Assembly: GCA_965644295.1 (NCBI GenBank) | Contig: CBFFRP010000249.1 | Coordinates: 95,854-159,853, forward strand | DNA: 64,000 nt | DNA from: Paraphysomonas bandaiensis | Lineage: Eukaryota > Protista > Chrysophyceae | Direction: 5' to 3' | Shown: positions 52,671-64,000 of the stretch, piece by piece | How positions within the stretch are numbered: the first letter of the stretch is position 1 | Layout of the letters: each line of letters begins with the position of its first letter | Position numbers and translations under genes: made by a program | Notes under the pieces: model-generated | The model's input: the letters and a program-made list of their open reading frames with translations, nothing else | What the model was told of the DNA's origin: nothing | Database searches by the model: none

Positions 52671-52937
52671 AAAAGGTATAACTTTTTGTTGAACTGTGTT
52701 TTTACCAGAAGAGGAAGAGAATAGGCAACGAAAGCCTATTCATTTAACTTAGTACACTAGAAGGTGGAACTATTAGTATGAGCATAGTAATAATAGATTT
52801 CTCACAGAAGTAAATCAGACGAAGAAGTATAATTTCGTAACTATATTAATTTAGTATAATGACGAGGTATTTAAAAAGTCCTACTTACATCTTGTGGGTA
52901 TGAGCAGCAATATAGACGTGAGATTAATACTATAGTC

Positions 52938-54487
52938 TTAAGCAATCCTACGCTTCTTTTGTTTCTTGGATTGAGGCCGCTTCTTTCTCTTGTTTTTTCC
53001 ACTACATACTATTTGATCTACACATGCGCCCTCTGTTGATTCTACCACATCTTCATCGACATCAATACTACAGTTACCGTCAGCTATCTCCAAATCGTAC
53101 ACACCGTCGCCTGAGGTTTCCTTCCGTTTCACACCGCGGTCTCGTACGGCAGATTTTTTAAAAGATATAAGAGCTCGGTCGAGCAACTGTGCATCATCCG
53201 CACGAATCACATGTGCTAACACCGAGGTCGCCTCTTGACCAGGTACACTGCACGTTCCTAGAGCCACCAACAATACCTGATAAGCGTGCTCGAAAGCACG
53301 GCGCACCTTTGGCATGTTATAGCTATTCTTTCCCATATCCACATCGGGATAATCCGGGTTCTCAATGCACAGCATGTTTGGGCGAGAGGGTCTACTCCAT
53401 CCAGGTCGGGTAGCCTTCAAAAAATAGCTCCCACCATCTCGTATAGATATACCCACATCCGCATACTTGAACGATATACCGTAGAGATGCAAAAACTCTA
53501 GCAGCAAGCTGCCTAAGTTCCATGACATATCGGACCGACGAGAAGCGGAGACTTTTTGGCGCATCTACCATAGCAATTACATATCTCTCACACTGACATA
53601 CGCATAAGCATTTATAAAGTACCTGCAGGAAAGATATAATCATCACACATAATACAAAGGACCCCAGTCCGCCGGTATATGTCTCATTCAGTTTTCGCTG
53701 TGCCTAAAACACAAGATCTCAAAACATAAAGTTTCCAATAATTACCTTCTCACCAGAAACACTTTTATAACCACAGTCAACGGTTTGAGAGGAGGATATT
53801 CGCGAACAAATTTTTTCATTAACTTGGCCGTATTCAACCCGTCATCGTTGTTGCATAGCACATCCACGCTGACCCCACCACGAATATGGTCTAGCTTAAC
53901 AATAGGGATCTTCGCAGCTCCAATCACTTCAATGTAGCTCGCAATATCAGCTCGTTTAATAGCAGTGCCAAGTTTATACAGTGGGTCCTCTTCTCCTTCA
54001 TCCACGCCCAAAACAGCCTATAGAGTAATAAAGTCATGCCAATATACACGCCTCATAAATACAAGTCCACTCATACGGTTAACACGCTTTGACTCTTCAC
54101 ACACACCACTACAGCAGTAGATATAAATACGCACAAACACCCCCAACAATACACACATCTGCTTACAATATCAAGATCGCTCATAGGGGTCAGTATTCTG
54201 GACACATGAGAGCCAAAGGGTTTCACAGTGCATCCAGGAAACACCTCCTCCGCAATAGTCTTTATGTCTCTGAGCACCTCCTCCCTCTTCTCCATCTCCT
54301 CACTCGTCAGAGACATGAGCTGACAGAAGTGAAGGATCTCACAGTGTAAGTTTTGCATGGGATTCGAGGACAGGCCGGTGCGGTGGAGGCCTCTCATCCA
54401 GGGAGTGGCGGACTCTGTTATCAGAGCAGGAGAGATGCTCTCAGATACCTCTGAGGTGTCCTCAAAGGGAATGAAATCGTCACTCAT
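52938..54487 (-). CDS. TRF4: Non-canonical poly(A) polymerase Trf4/5 (TENT4/PAPD5), multi-exon
   Basis: LHCEILHF, FGSHVSRILTPMSDLD (NTase motif), AKIPIVK, LNETYTGGLGSF, NLGSLLLEFLHLYG, LCIENP...DMGKNSYN, basic NLS-like tail. Confidence 0.93.
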
Positions 54488-54667
54488 GAGGTATGTATTT
54501 AGAAGGGTCACTTCAAATCATCAATACTTTAACAGCCATATAATCACACTGTATACGCATTCTGTATGAATACTCCCTTGCTCTTAGTGCGCACAGCAGT
54601 GTGTCACAATTCCCGCTTTTCCAGTACAATGCGCCCTTTCTAGCCTTCAAAAAGTGTGTTTTCTAAT

Positions 54668-54740
54668 ATACATACATACATACATACATACATACATACA
54701 TACATACATACATACATACATACATACATACATACATACA

Positions 54741-54774
<34 letters not shown>

Positions 54775-54953
54775 CATATACATACATACATACATACATA
54801 CATACATACATACATACATACATACATACATACATGCATACATACATACATACATACATACATACATACATACATACATACATACATACATACATACATA
54901 CATACATACATACATACATACATACATACATACATACATACATACATACATAC
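54668..54953. repeat. (TACA)n microsatellite, about 285 bp
   Basis: Read directly; ends about 14 bp before the Crinkler-like ATG at 54968. Confidence 0.99.
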
Positions 54954-54967
54954 ACCTTCATATAAAT

Positions 54968-57112
54968 ATGAACTGCAGCAATTGTGAGGATAATAGAATC
55001 ACTTTAAAATGTGTGCAGTGCTTTCAAGCGAAAAGCAATTCCCTGTTTTGTGGAACATGTTTTGAAGCTCATCTTCTTACCAAAAGTTCGAGACATCATA
55101 CGAGTGAAGCGTACAGTGAGAGTGCCGATGCAGAGAATATTGATGTGAATTTAGTTCGCTCATGTTTTAAAGATGCTCATATTTCCTCATGTGGGTCGAA
55201 AGCATCTGTGTGGAAGTACATCCATTCATTGGGTTCAACAACTCTTGGGGTTGATCTCTTCTGTATGTCAAACGACCAATTGGCACCCTCTTTAGTGGGA
55301 CGTACCGATTCTCAGCAGCAAATTGCAAGAATTTTCTCTCAATGGAAGAATAATCATGCTTTGGAACGAAAAGCTGGTCGTACATCGTACCCGATTCCCG
55401 TATGTTCCGGCATGAAGGGTTTGGGAAAGAGCAGATTGTTGGAAGAGTGGAGGTCCCACTTCAAAGCAGCAGATGTGCCGCGACCGTGGCTGGGAATCTG
55501 CGTTCCATATTATAACGGCCACTCAGTCGTCCTCACAGATTACGAGCTCCCGAATGAAGCCTCGTTTGCGTGGAGATTACTTCATCGTTTTTTCTTTGTT
55601 GGTCACAAAGTTTGTGGCGATTTTTTGCTTCATTTACCCCCCGACGCGGGCACATTAACTCTGGCCCTTGCTCTCGCGGTGATACGGGATGCTTGCATTG
55701 AGTCACACTTCATTGAACCCACAGATACCCTCCATATGTTTATCGGAATTGACGAATATCAGGCCATTCCCAATTATACTTCAGATCATCAATGTGCACA
55801 GTCAAGCGAGCGTACAAATCCAATCGGGGGATTGCAACGAGTGGTGGATTGTATTTTAGATACTGCAATTTCTAGCGCTAATAATGTTTGCATATATCCG
55901 TTATTTGCGGGGACGCATTGGGGGAAAATGTCTGCATTGACAGCGTCTTCGAATGCAGTTGCTGAACGCATCTGGATGCAGTATTTATCTCCCGTTGACT
56001 CTGAAGACATGGTGTCATCCTTCCTTCCACACTTGCTGCGGCATACTCATTTTCGGAAGCACCTGTATTTCCTGGGAGGTCTGCCGCGCCCCATATATGA
56101 ATATGCCCGTGCAGTGGACTCCCTGACCCCTGCTGACAGGAGTATCGAGAACATGGGTGCCGCTTTTCAGCATGTGTGGGAAAAACGATACACCCGACTG
56201 TATGCACAGATTCCATCGAGATCGTTGGTTCGGTTAGTGGCGTTTGCGTTGTCAGGACTGGATGTGAATGAAACCGATCTGTCTGGGATAGTTGTGGGGG
56301 ACACGGACTTCCGTTGGGGGGCGGTGCGCGATATGGGATTGTGCTCCTTACTATCAACGGAGACTGGCACATCACATCGTGTGTATGTTCCCTATAGTGT
56401 GTTGCGTATATGTGCTGCTATTAATATATGGTGTGCACCAATCGGCGATGCTGCAAAGCATCTCGTCACTTCAATTAAGCAATTTGTCACTGTAGTTGAC
56501 AATGGTATGTATGAGGTAGAAATGTGGCAGCTGTGGGAGAAGTTTGGTGCATATTTTTATTGCTTTCGTGTTAATTCTTTATTGGAGATTGGAATCAATG
56601 AAATCTCTTTGGCAGACTTGTTCGTAGGATCTTTCAATAACAATTGCACGGATACTGTGAAGTTGACTCCTATGCGCGTGTTTCGCTCTGCAGTGGCAAT
56701 ATGTCCCGAGCTGCCTGATGTGTTACCTGAATTTGAGAATACTGCTCGTCAGATCAACTGGCGAGATGGTAATGAAGTTGTCATAAACGTAACCGGAGGA
56801 GTGGCTGTAGATATATTTTTTGCCTTGAAGTTACGAACAGGTGGCTTGGTGACCGTACTGGATCAGCGAAAAAGGCGATCACAACGGTACATTCAACAGA
56901 AGGAGTTTAATAGTTTGTATGACAGCGCCATGGCAGTGGCTCCCGCTCGGCGGCATGACGACGACAATTTTGTGTTCGCTCTTTTTAACAACATGTCCTC
57001 TCGTTGTCGATTAGAGTTAACTAACAAAACCGCAATTGTCGTATCATGTTTGGAGCACAGCACATTTTATGGGTGTATGTCAACTCACCCAGCTGCCAAT
57101 CCCAGCTGTTGA
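54968..57112 (+). CDS. Crinkler(CRN)-like protein: B-box-like Zn finger + P-loop NTPase + REase-fold nuclease; C-terminal HhH separated by a frameshift (possible pseudogene)
   Basis: CSNC...CVQC...FCGTCFEAH...HH; Walker A GMKGLGKS, Walker B FIGIDEYQ, LGGLPR; WQLWEKF...DIFFAL...DQRK (PD-(D/E)xK-like). The +1 frame continues VDVNSASQSQLQLF. No introns. Confidence 0.8.
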   Translation: MNCSNCEDNRITLKCVQCFQAKSNSLFCGTCFEAHLLTKSSRHHTSEAYSESADAENIDVNLVRSCFKDAHISSCGSKASVWKYIHSLGSTTLGVDLFCMSNDQLAPSLVGRTDSQQQIARIFSQWKNNHALERKAGRTSYPIPVCSGMKGLGKSRLLEEWRSHFKAADVPRPWLGICVPYYNGHSVVLTDYELPNEASFAWRLLHRFFFVGHKVCGDFLLHLPPDAGTLTLALALAVIRDACIESHFIEPTDTLHMFIGIDEYQAIPNYTSDHQCAQSSERTNPIGGLQRVVDCILDTAISSANNVCIYPLFAGTHWGKMSALTASSNAVAERIWMQYLSPVDSEDMVSSFLPHLLRHTHFRKHLYFLGGLPRPIYEYARAVDSLTPADRSIENMGAAFQHVWEKRYTRLYAQIPSRSLVRLVAFALSGLDVNETDLSGIVVGDTDFRWGAVRDMGLCSLLSTETGTSHRVYVPYSVLRICAAINIWCAPIGDAAKHLVTSIKQFVTVVDNGMYEVEMWQLWEKFGAYFYCFRVNSLLEIGINEISLADLFVGSFNNNCTDTVKLTPMRVFRSAVAICPELPDVLPEFENTARQINWRDGNEVVINVTGGVAVDIFFALKLRTGGLVTVLDQRKRRSQRYIQQKEFNSLYDSAMAVAPARRHDDDNFVFALFNNMSSRCRLELTNKTAIVVSCLEHSTFYGCMSTHPAANPSC

Positions 57113-57949
57113 TGTTAATTCAGCCTCCCAGTCGCAGTTGCAGTTATTCAACCCCATGAAGGAAGCTGCTGTTGCCAAAGCTGTCATACAGCGAAGAAGT
57201 TTACATTGTTTCACGTCGGTGGATGATTAGGGTTAGGGTTAAGTATTGTGTTTCAAGCCCAGCGAGAGGGTGTTGTTGGAAAGAGAAATGGCAAGGCAGA
57301 AGGAGATGGAATAGATGCACATGTTGACTTTTCTGAGGAGGAGAGGGAGAGACTTTGCATATTTTAAGTTACATCACGGAATATGGTTAAGCGTTATTAG
57401 CTTTGTTCAGAATAGTTTCAATAATAGATATTGAAAATTCTAGTTTACTAAATTATTAACAGATTCTTCAAACGAATTATGAACTATTCGCTTAGGGTGG
57501 TGGAACACGTATGTTCCCATGAGATGGAACTTTAGAATACGTAGTTATATATATACAATGTGAAAAAACTGTAATACGTAGTCAAAATTACTATATAGCT
57601 ACAACTGTGAAACTCAAGTATCATGAGGCTTCAAGATACGGAAGTTAATCCAAGGTAGACATACGAAAAGAATTATAAAATGTAGTTTGTTAGAATTGAA
57701 CATTTCATTGAAGTTAACTTTGCTCTACACGTAAACCTAGCTTTGTTGAACACAATTCAATTTTAAGTAATGTTGGACGAAGGCTTGAGTGGAACTAAGT
57801 TCTCCTCTGAGAGATATACTATAGTAATAATATAGAGCTATACGCCTATTGAACAAGTGTAATTAAATGGTCGTTATAATATATTACCACTAATCGGGTC
57901 AATACAGAAAAGTGATTGCTATCTCGTACTGTTGTTGGTGCATGATGCA

Positions 57950-58560
57950 TTGCACTTGCATTGGTGCATGAGTAGCTATAAATGCTACTGACTGCTTCTG
58001 TGGCTAAGTGGCTGCAAGCAAAATATCGGGTCGGATCCTCTTCGCTATAAGTACATCAGCTTCATCAGTAGATAGAGGTACTCGCTGACGTCCACTCTGT
58101 CTCCGGGTTTGTCATCCCGGAACAAATGTTTTGTCACTGAAGTCTTGGCCTTGAATCCGTCGCTGTGATCGCGAAGTAGATCGTCGATATAGGCGGGCAT
58201 TGATACAGTGATATGTCCCTTGTCGTGCATGGTGAGAACCATTCCAAGATAAGAGATCTGAGGTCCAATATCGATGGTTATCTCTTGCCGAACCAGTCGC
58301 TGAGGAGTCTTTCGAATAATTCGATGAGATCTTCGTGGTCGATGTGACCAAGAGGTCGTCCACGTGTAGTGCTATAATACACTTGCCACGCTTATTCACA
58401 TAAATGAATGCACATGCTGGATCGGCCTTACTGGGTCGGAAGCCTGCATCCAGCAGCACTCCTGTGCCATCTCAGTCCCGCTTCGGGTAGTCCATAGCGA
58501 GCTTGACTGCATCGGCAAGCATTGTCCCATTCGGTAGACCATACTTACGAAGGTAGGGTC
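57950..58560 (-). pseudogene. Decayed Copia reverse-transcriptase fragment
   Basis: GFRPSKADPACAF...IIALHVDDLLVTS (YVDD-like); after a frameshift, ITVSMPAYIDDLL and YLLMKLMYL. Confidence 0.85.
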
Positions 58561-58734
58561 TGTGGCGCAGGGAGACCTCTGTGATGTTTCTAAGAACTAG
58601 AGACACGTGAATGACCGAAAGCTCTATCTAAAACACGCCAGCGGGCTGCTACACTGTTAAGCCTACCAGCAGGTAGAACTCCTCCACACAAACGCAAACC
58701 GCGAATGAGCTTAAAATTAAACGTTATTAAAACG

Positions 58735-59436
58735 TTATATAGAAGAAGAAAGAACACCGCTATACGTCTCTGAAGTGTAAAGTATCGATGAATTTACAGC
58801 CAAGATTTGAAGGACCATATAGGGTTTCAAAAAGAGAATTAGCCCGGTTCTATATGAGGCTTTGCTTAATGGTAAGGCTAGGAAAGTAAATATGGTTAAT
58901 ATGACCCCAGATCATTATGTTGTTGGACCTATTCAGGTCTCGGACTAGGGGAGAAGTGTAGCAAAATTGGGTATGACAAGTATGGGAGATTTAGGAGGTG
59001 ATTGTGACTCAAGAATAAGATGAAGTGATGTTGGTTGTAGTATGAGATGAGATGTAGATGGTAGTTATGATTAGATTAGAAGATACGAGTATTAAGGCCA
59101 GATATAGGGTTGGAGTGTACCGTGACTATCCGTATATACGGGTGTAACGGACGCTTATGGTAACCCGTACAGTATTGTGATGGTATACATAGGTATACTG
59201 TAGGATGATATAAGAGTAGATAGCAAGATGTTAAAGGATTTCTATATGATTATTTCTGGAAGTAGAAAAATAGCTTTTTATGGCTATAAACCGCTACTAG
59301 AATTAGCTATGGGGATATAGGTAGAAGGATACTGATTTTAGATATAGCAGAGTGTTGAGATTACGAGGATAATAAGCTGTTAAGTGTTGTTGAAGAGCTT
59401 TATCGCACTAATATTTATTCAAACCATCTGTGTACA
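58735..59436 (+). mobile_element. Ty3/Gypsy 3' remnant: integrase GPY/F tail, PPT and probable 3' LTR
   Basis: About 58787-58830 reads MNLQPRFEGPYRV, then with a frameshift RISPVLYEALLNG...VNMVNMTP. Polypurine tract AGGGGAGAAG at 58947-58956 is directly followed by TGTAGC (LTR start 58957). LTR end is uncertain. Confidence 0.65.
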
Positions 59437-59845
59437 TGGAAGAGGAAGATACTATCATTGACATTTCTACCAGCAGTGATGCTCAGACACCCCTAGTCGA
59501 GTCATGACCATTTTCTATCTCTATCATGCTACTACCTACACTACTTCATCCTTTTTCTGATACCATAATAGATCATAATCCACCATTTCCACTACATCCA
59601 AATTTGTTACAATATAATCCTTTAGAACTGTTATAATTAATAAGCACGCTTTCTCATATTTCACATATCATTCAACCCTAACTCTAACCCTAATCCAACT
59701 CTGTGTGATAACTACATAATCCGGACAAAACAACAGAGCTCAATTAATTTCTTCCAAAGAAATTTCATTATTCAACAAAATAATATATCATACATAGAGC
59801 CACTACGAAACCACCGGCATACTTTATAGCTACAGGCCTGTCTAA

Positions 59846-60643
59846 TCAATGGATGTACTTCTTGAGGAAAGACCTGTGGAAGTCATTTCTGATGGTATCG
59901 TTAATAAATCGCTTCTTAGTTTCTGGCTCAGATCTCGACTGGTGACGGAAAACGACATCGTCATTCCATTTTCTCTTAACCTGATGTTTCATATTTATTT
60001 GAATCACAGGGCGAGTAATTAGAGCATACCTTTTCGTTCCCATCTGTACCACCCAAATTGAGTAAAGGGTTTCCCTTGAGGGCACTCTCTCTGTTGAGAG
60101 TCTCCTCCATCAGCTTTTCCTCCTCTTCTTTCTTCGCCTTTGCCTGTGCGCGCTCCTCTTTAATCCTTTCCAACTCCCGCTGCAGCTCAAGTTCGTCGTC
60201 ATCATCATCATCTTCATCGCTGCATCACATATATAAACATAACCTTCAGTGAGATATTATTCACCAACACACCTTGACGAATCAAACCCATCATCTTGAT
60301 CGTGATAATCGATATCGGCATCATTGTATTCATTGTCTTCGTTGCAGTTGGAAGATATCTCCGCATGGTTCTTAAGCAGAGCGACAGTGTCGACTTTCTT
60401 CTCCTCGCTCTCTATCTGCGCAATCATTTTATTCTTCTCAGAGAGGTGATCGAACTCTCTCTTCTCGAGCTCATGAAGGACGTCTCTCTCTTTCATTTCA
60501 GTCTCTGACGACTGTCCCACTTGTCGAAACTTCAGACGAGTCATACCGATTTGATCCTTCGCTGACACTTGCTGTGACGTGAATCCATGATTCTTCACGC
60601 CACCCACAGCCGCGTGCCAAGTTGGTCGATGAGCTGTTGTCAT
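59846..60643 (-). CDS. CWC15: Pre-mRNA splicing factor Cwc15/Cwf15, 3 exons
   Basis: MTTAHRPTW, LKFRQVGQ, ELQRELERIKEER, GNPLLN, VKRKWNDDVVFRHQ...RFINDTIRNDFHRSFLKKYIH. Confidence 0.97.
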
Positions 60644-60730
60644 GTTGTTCAGATAAGTGTGAGTAATGAATATGCAGATCACTGAACTACACAACATACA
60701 GCACAGACAAACCACACATACACCTGCATG

Positions 60731-61171
60731 GTATGTATGTATGTATGTATGTATGTATGTATGTATGTATGTATGTATGTATGTATGTATGTATGTATGT
60801 ATGTATGTATGTATGTATGTATGTATGTATGTATGTATGTATGTATGTATGTATGTATGTATGTATGTATGTATGTATGTATGTATGTATGTATGTATGT
60901 ATGTATGTATGTATGTATGTATGTATGTATGTATGTATGTATGTATGTATGTATGTATGTATGTATGTATGTATGTATGTATGTATGTATGTATGTATGT
61001 ATGTATGTATGTATGTATGTATGTATGTATGTATGTATGTATGTATGTATGTATGTATGTATGTATGTATGTATGTATGTATGTATGTATGTATGTATGT
61101 ATGTATGTATGTATGTATGTATGTATGTATGTATGTATGTATGTATGTATGTATGTATGTATGTATGTATG

Positions 61172-61202
<31 letters not shown>

Positions 61203-61327
61203 GTATATAAGTATGTATGTATGTATGTATGTATGTATGTATGTATGTATGTATGTATGTATGTATGTATGTATGTATGTATGTATGTATGTATGTATGT
61301 ATGTATGTATGTATGTATGTATGTATG

Positions 61328-61358
<31 letters not shown>

Positions 61359-61381
61359 GTATATAAGTATGTAAGTATGTA
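60731..61381. repeat. (GTAT)n, i.e. (TACA)n on the minus strand, about 650 bp
   Basis: Read directly; two identical GTAAGTATATAA interruptions (about 61199 and 61354); ends about 90 bp upstream of the CWC15 ATG. Confidence 0.99.
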
Positions 61382-61607
61382 TCATGAACAGCAGCATGGT
61401 GTATTAGATCTCATCACGACTGCTGTGTTCATACTATCTATTGATGATATTGGTATAATCTTAGCGTGCACCTTATGTACGAACACATTTGTTTTCTTGT
61501 TAGCTGAGACCAAAACAGTGCTGGATTTGCCCCAAATTCGCAGGATTTCGTCCATCCACAGCCAGGATTTTTATGTTCTTTTTGCAAAATCCCACAACAT
61601 TTATGTT

Positions 61608-63604
61608 CTAAATCTCGCTCTTGTGGTCACCAACTTCAGTGGCAGTAGGGGGGTCATTACATTTATCTGTGGATGATTGGGTGTCGACGTGATCGTGCTT
61701 GATCCACTCACTGTCTCTCACAACCTTCTTTTTCTTCTTATCAGCTGGCATATCTAGTTTGACTTTTGGCACATATTTGTCATCATTCGGTTTGGGTGGA
61801 AGGAAAGTCGGATTAGAAGGTGGGATGTAAGGTTTGCTTCTAAATCTGGGGTTGGAAGAGGTAGAGGGAGACTCCAAAGAAGCCCCTCCAACAGAGCTGC
61901 TCTCTGTGTTAACTATATTTTCTTGTTGTTCAATTTTATCCTTTTCAGAAAGGGAGTGGTTTTCAGACATCGTCACACATTGATATTGCGATAGAATAAA
62001 TAATGAGACCACAGCGCGTCATCCACCCAGCTGATCAGCGGTATGACCGTTTCTATCACGAGCCCTGGTAAGCAAATGCTCTTCCCGAACCAAATGCTTG
62101 ATAACTACGTATTGTTGATTCCCCTTTACACGCCCAATGTAAACAAGTATAACCATTCGTTGTAGACCCAGTCCACGCACATCAGGACGAACTTCACGGG
62201 GAAGTGAGAGAATAAATTTCACCAGTGATATGTGCCCGAAATAACATGCGATATCCAGAAGAGCTTCTGCTCTTCCCCATCCGGAAAAGGAAGATCTGCA
62301 CCGGGAGCACTTGTTAAGACCTTTACAACTTCCATATAATTCTCCATGCAAGCGATATGCATAGCAGATAGCCCTAATATAGGTATCAGATACGCAAAGT
62401 TACAAACAAAACCACCTACCACAACTATTGGATATCCAATGAGGACTCTTGTGGCATTATGTCTACAAGATACATAACGAGATCGGGATGGTTTCCCTGT
62501 GTCGCCAGGTGTAAACATGTGCGCCCGTCAGTGGTGAGTCAACCCCAGCACTAACATATCCATTGGACCAAGAGGAACTTCACTACGTGAAGCATGCCCC
62601 CTTTGGCATGCTACATGAATGAGACACAAGTCCGGAGTGGTTAGGGTGAGATGAGTTTACCGGCAGGGTATAGCTCATGCAGGTGGTGTACCAATGACAA
62701 GTTTCCGGTCTCACAAGCACCGTGTATGAGGGTATTTCCTGCATCATCTGTTCCGACATCTGCCCTCACTCCTTGTTGTTCCATACTGCGAACAACAACT
62801 ACGGGGTTGGCTGCAACTTCGCCGCACTCAATGGATGCACTATCAGCAGGAGTGTTGGGCTGAGATGAGTACGGGCTTTTGGTATATACATCACTAGAAA
62901 TGACTCGTTTTGTAGGACCAGACATCGGAGTAGTACTATCAGCGGCTGCTGCTGCTACAGCAGCGCTTGAGAGGCTATGAAGGCGAGATGGATCACTGTA
63001 GTCACCCGTAGAAGGCGACGACTGTTTCCGGCCCAAACACTCCGAGACGTGGCTCGGCTCGGCATTCGATGTATCATTCGATGGGGATGGAGTCCAGTTG
63101 TGATTTATATTATCTGTCCTTGACGGTAGAGTAAATCGGCCAGCTGAAGCTGACCTCGACTCCCGCTGACTGTGATATTCCTGTCGCGAATGGGCAGAAG
63201 AAGTGTTTACCGGGGCACGGATGAACGGGTGTGGATCGGAAATCCTGATGCATTTGTTCTATATCCATGTCCATATCCATGTCCTGGAGCCATCATCTCC
63301 ACATACAGATGATGTATACAGGCACAGCATCAGGAGCAGCAGATCGAACAGATATCATACTATTAGAATGATTTGTATAGTTTTGAATAGATTTTGAATC
63401 TGATTTTATCTGAGAACGTTTCTTGACTTCAGCTTTATTATTGAGAGATACATTAAGATAGTTATATCCGAGATCATCCATATCGAACACACGCACTGCT
63501 TTATTCGCGCCAATACTGAGATGTTCTGCCGCATGTTTAGGGTCTAGGGATATGTTACCTAGACTAGGGGAGGGTCTTGAATGGGAAGGATTCATTGTAT
63601 TCAT
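61608..63604 (-). CDS. Ankyrin-repeat protein with Ser-rich N-terminus, multi-exon
   Basis: GNTLIHGACETGNLSLVHHL, GLSAMHIACMENYMEVVKVL, LLDIACYFGHISLVKFIL, RDRNGHTADQL. Both ends of the gene model are uncertain. Confidence 0.7.
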
Positions 63605-64000
63605 GTCTGGCTATGTTACTGTCTCATTCACTCTCTTAATATATAGATATACACACAGGCAGTACCTACACTCACTATCCATAGGGTGTGTACTAATATA
63701 CAGCAGTATATGTCCACATACATCCATACATATAGATGTCTATATGGTAGATACGGTAGCCCTCCTGTCCCTGAAATTTTCTCTTAATTTTCAATATAAA
63801 CAACCGGTTTGTCCCAATCCAATTGGCACTTTTTGTACGCTGTACGAAGTATATCTACAGTATGTACTGCTGTATGATCATGTAGTCTGCATACATGTAC
63901 TGTTCCAAATCTGTATATATGGAGGTACATATGTGTATAGGTACATACTGCACCGTTATATATCACCATATCATATAATATTAACTGACACCTCCACACA

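Noticed and set aside
57110-57112. TGA as recoded stop or alternative genetic code
   Set aside because: The continuation is in another frame, and all other apparent internal stops in the window resolve by ordinary introns.

Overview
Eukaryotic nuclear DNA, gene-dense, with short (about 45-70 nt) GT-AG introns and the standard genetic code. The flagellar genes (IFT46, CFAP45), diatom-type Copia elements and a Crinkler-like gene suggest a flagellated stramenopile; this is inference only. About 20 protein genes are recognisable: Deltex-like E3 ligase, EF-hand protein, GPCR-like receptor, TauD-family dioxygenase, IFT46, Orai-like/PH fusion, OST48, PepC/bleomycin hydrolase, villin-headpiece protein, mitochondrial ferredoxin, CID+CCCH protein, CFAP45, TPT-family transporter, Sfi1-like protein, Trf4/TENT4, Crinkler-like NTPase-REase, Cwc15 and an ankyrin protein. 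Intergenic DNA holds a non-autonomous hAT element with intact TIRs and an 8-bp TSD, Copia and Gypsy remnants, and promoter-proximal (TACA)n and minisatellite arrays. The most notable unexplained structure is a dispersed, modular repeat family of about 10 copies. Its 50-nt core shows compensatory base changes consistent with a conserved RNA fold. It forms the shared 3' tail of several divergent LINE-like ORF ends, most ending in or carrying a PKG(R/C)PPD-type motif, and of non-coding SINE-like copies. All calls come from reading the sequence and ORF track by eye; no searches were run, and exon boundaries and repeat ends are approximate.
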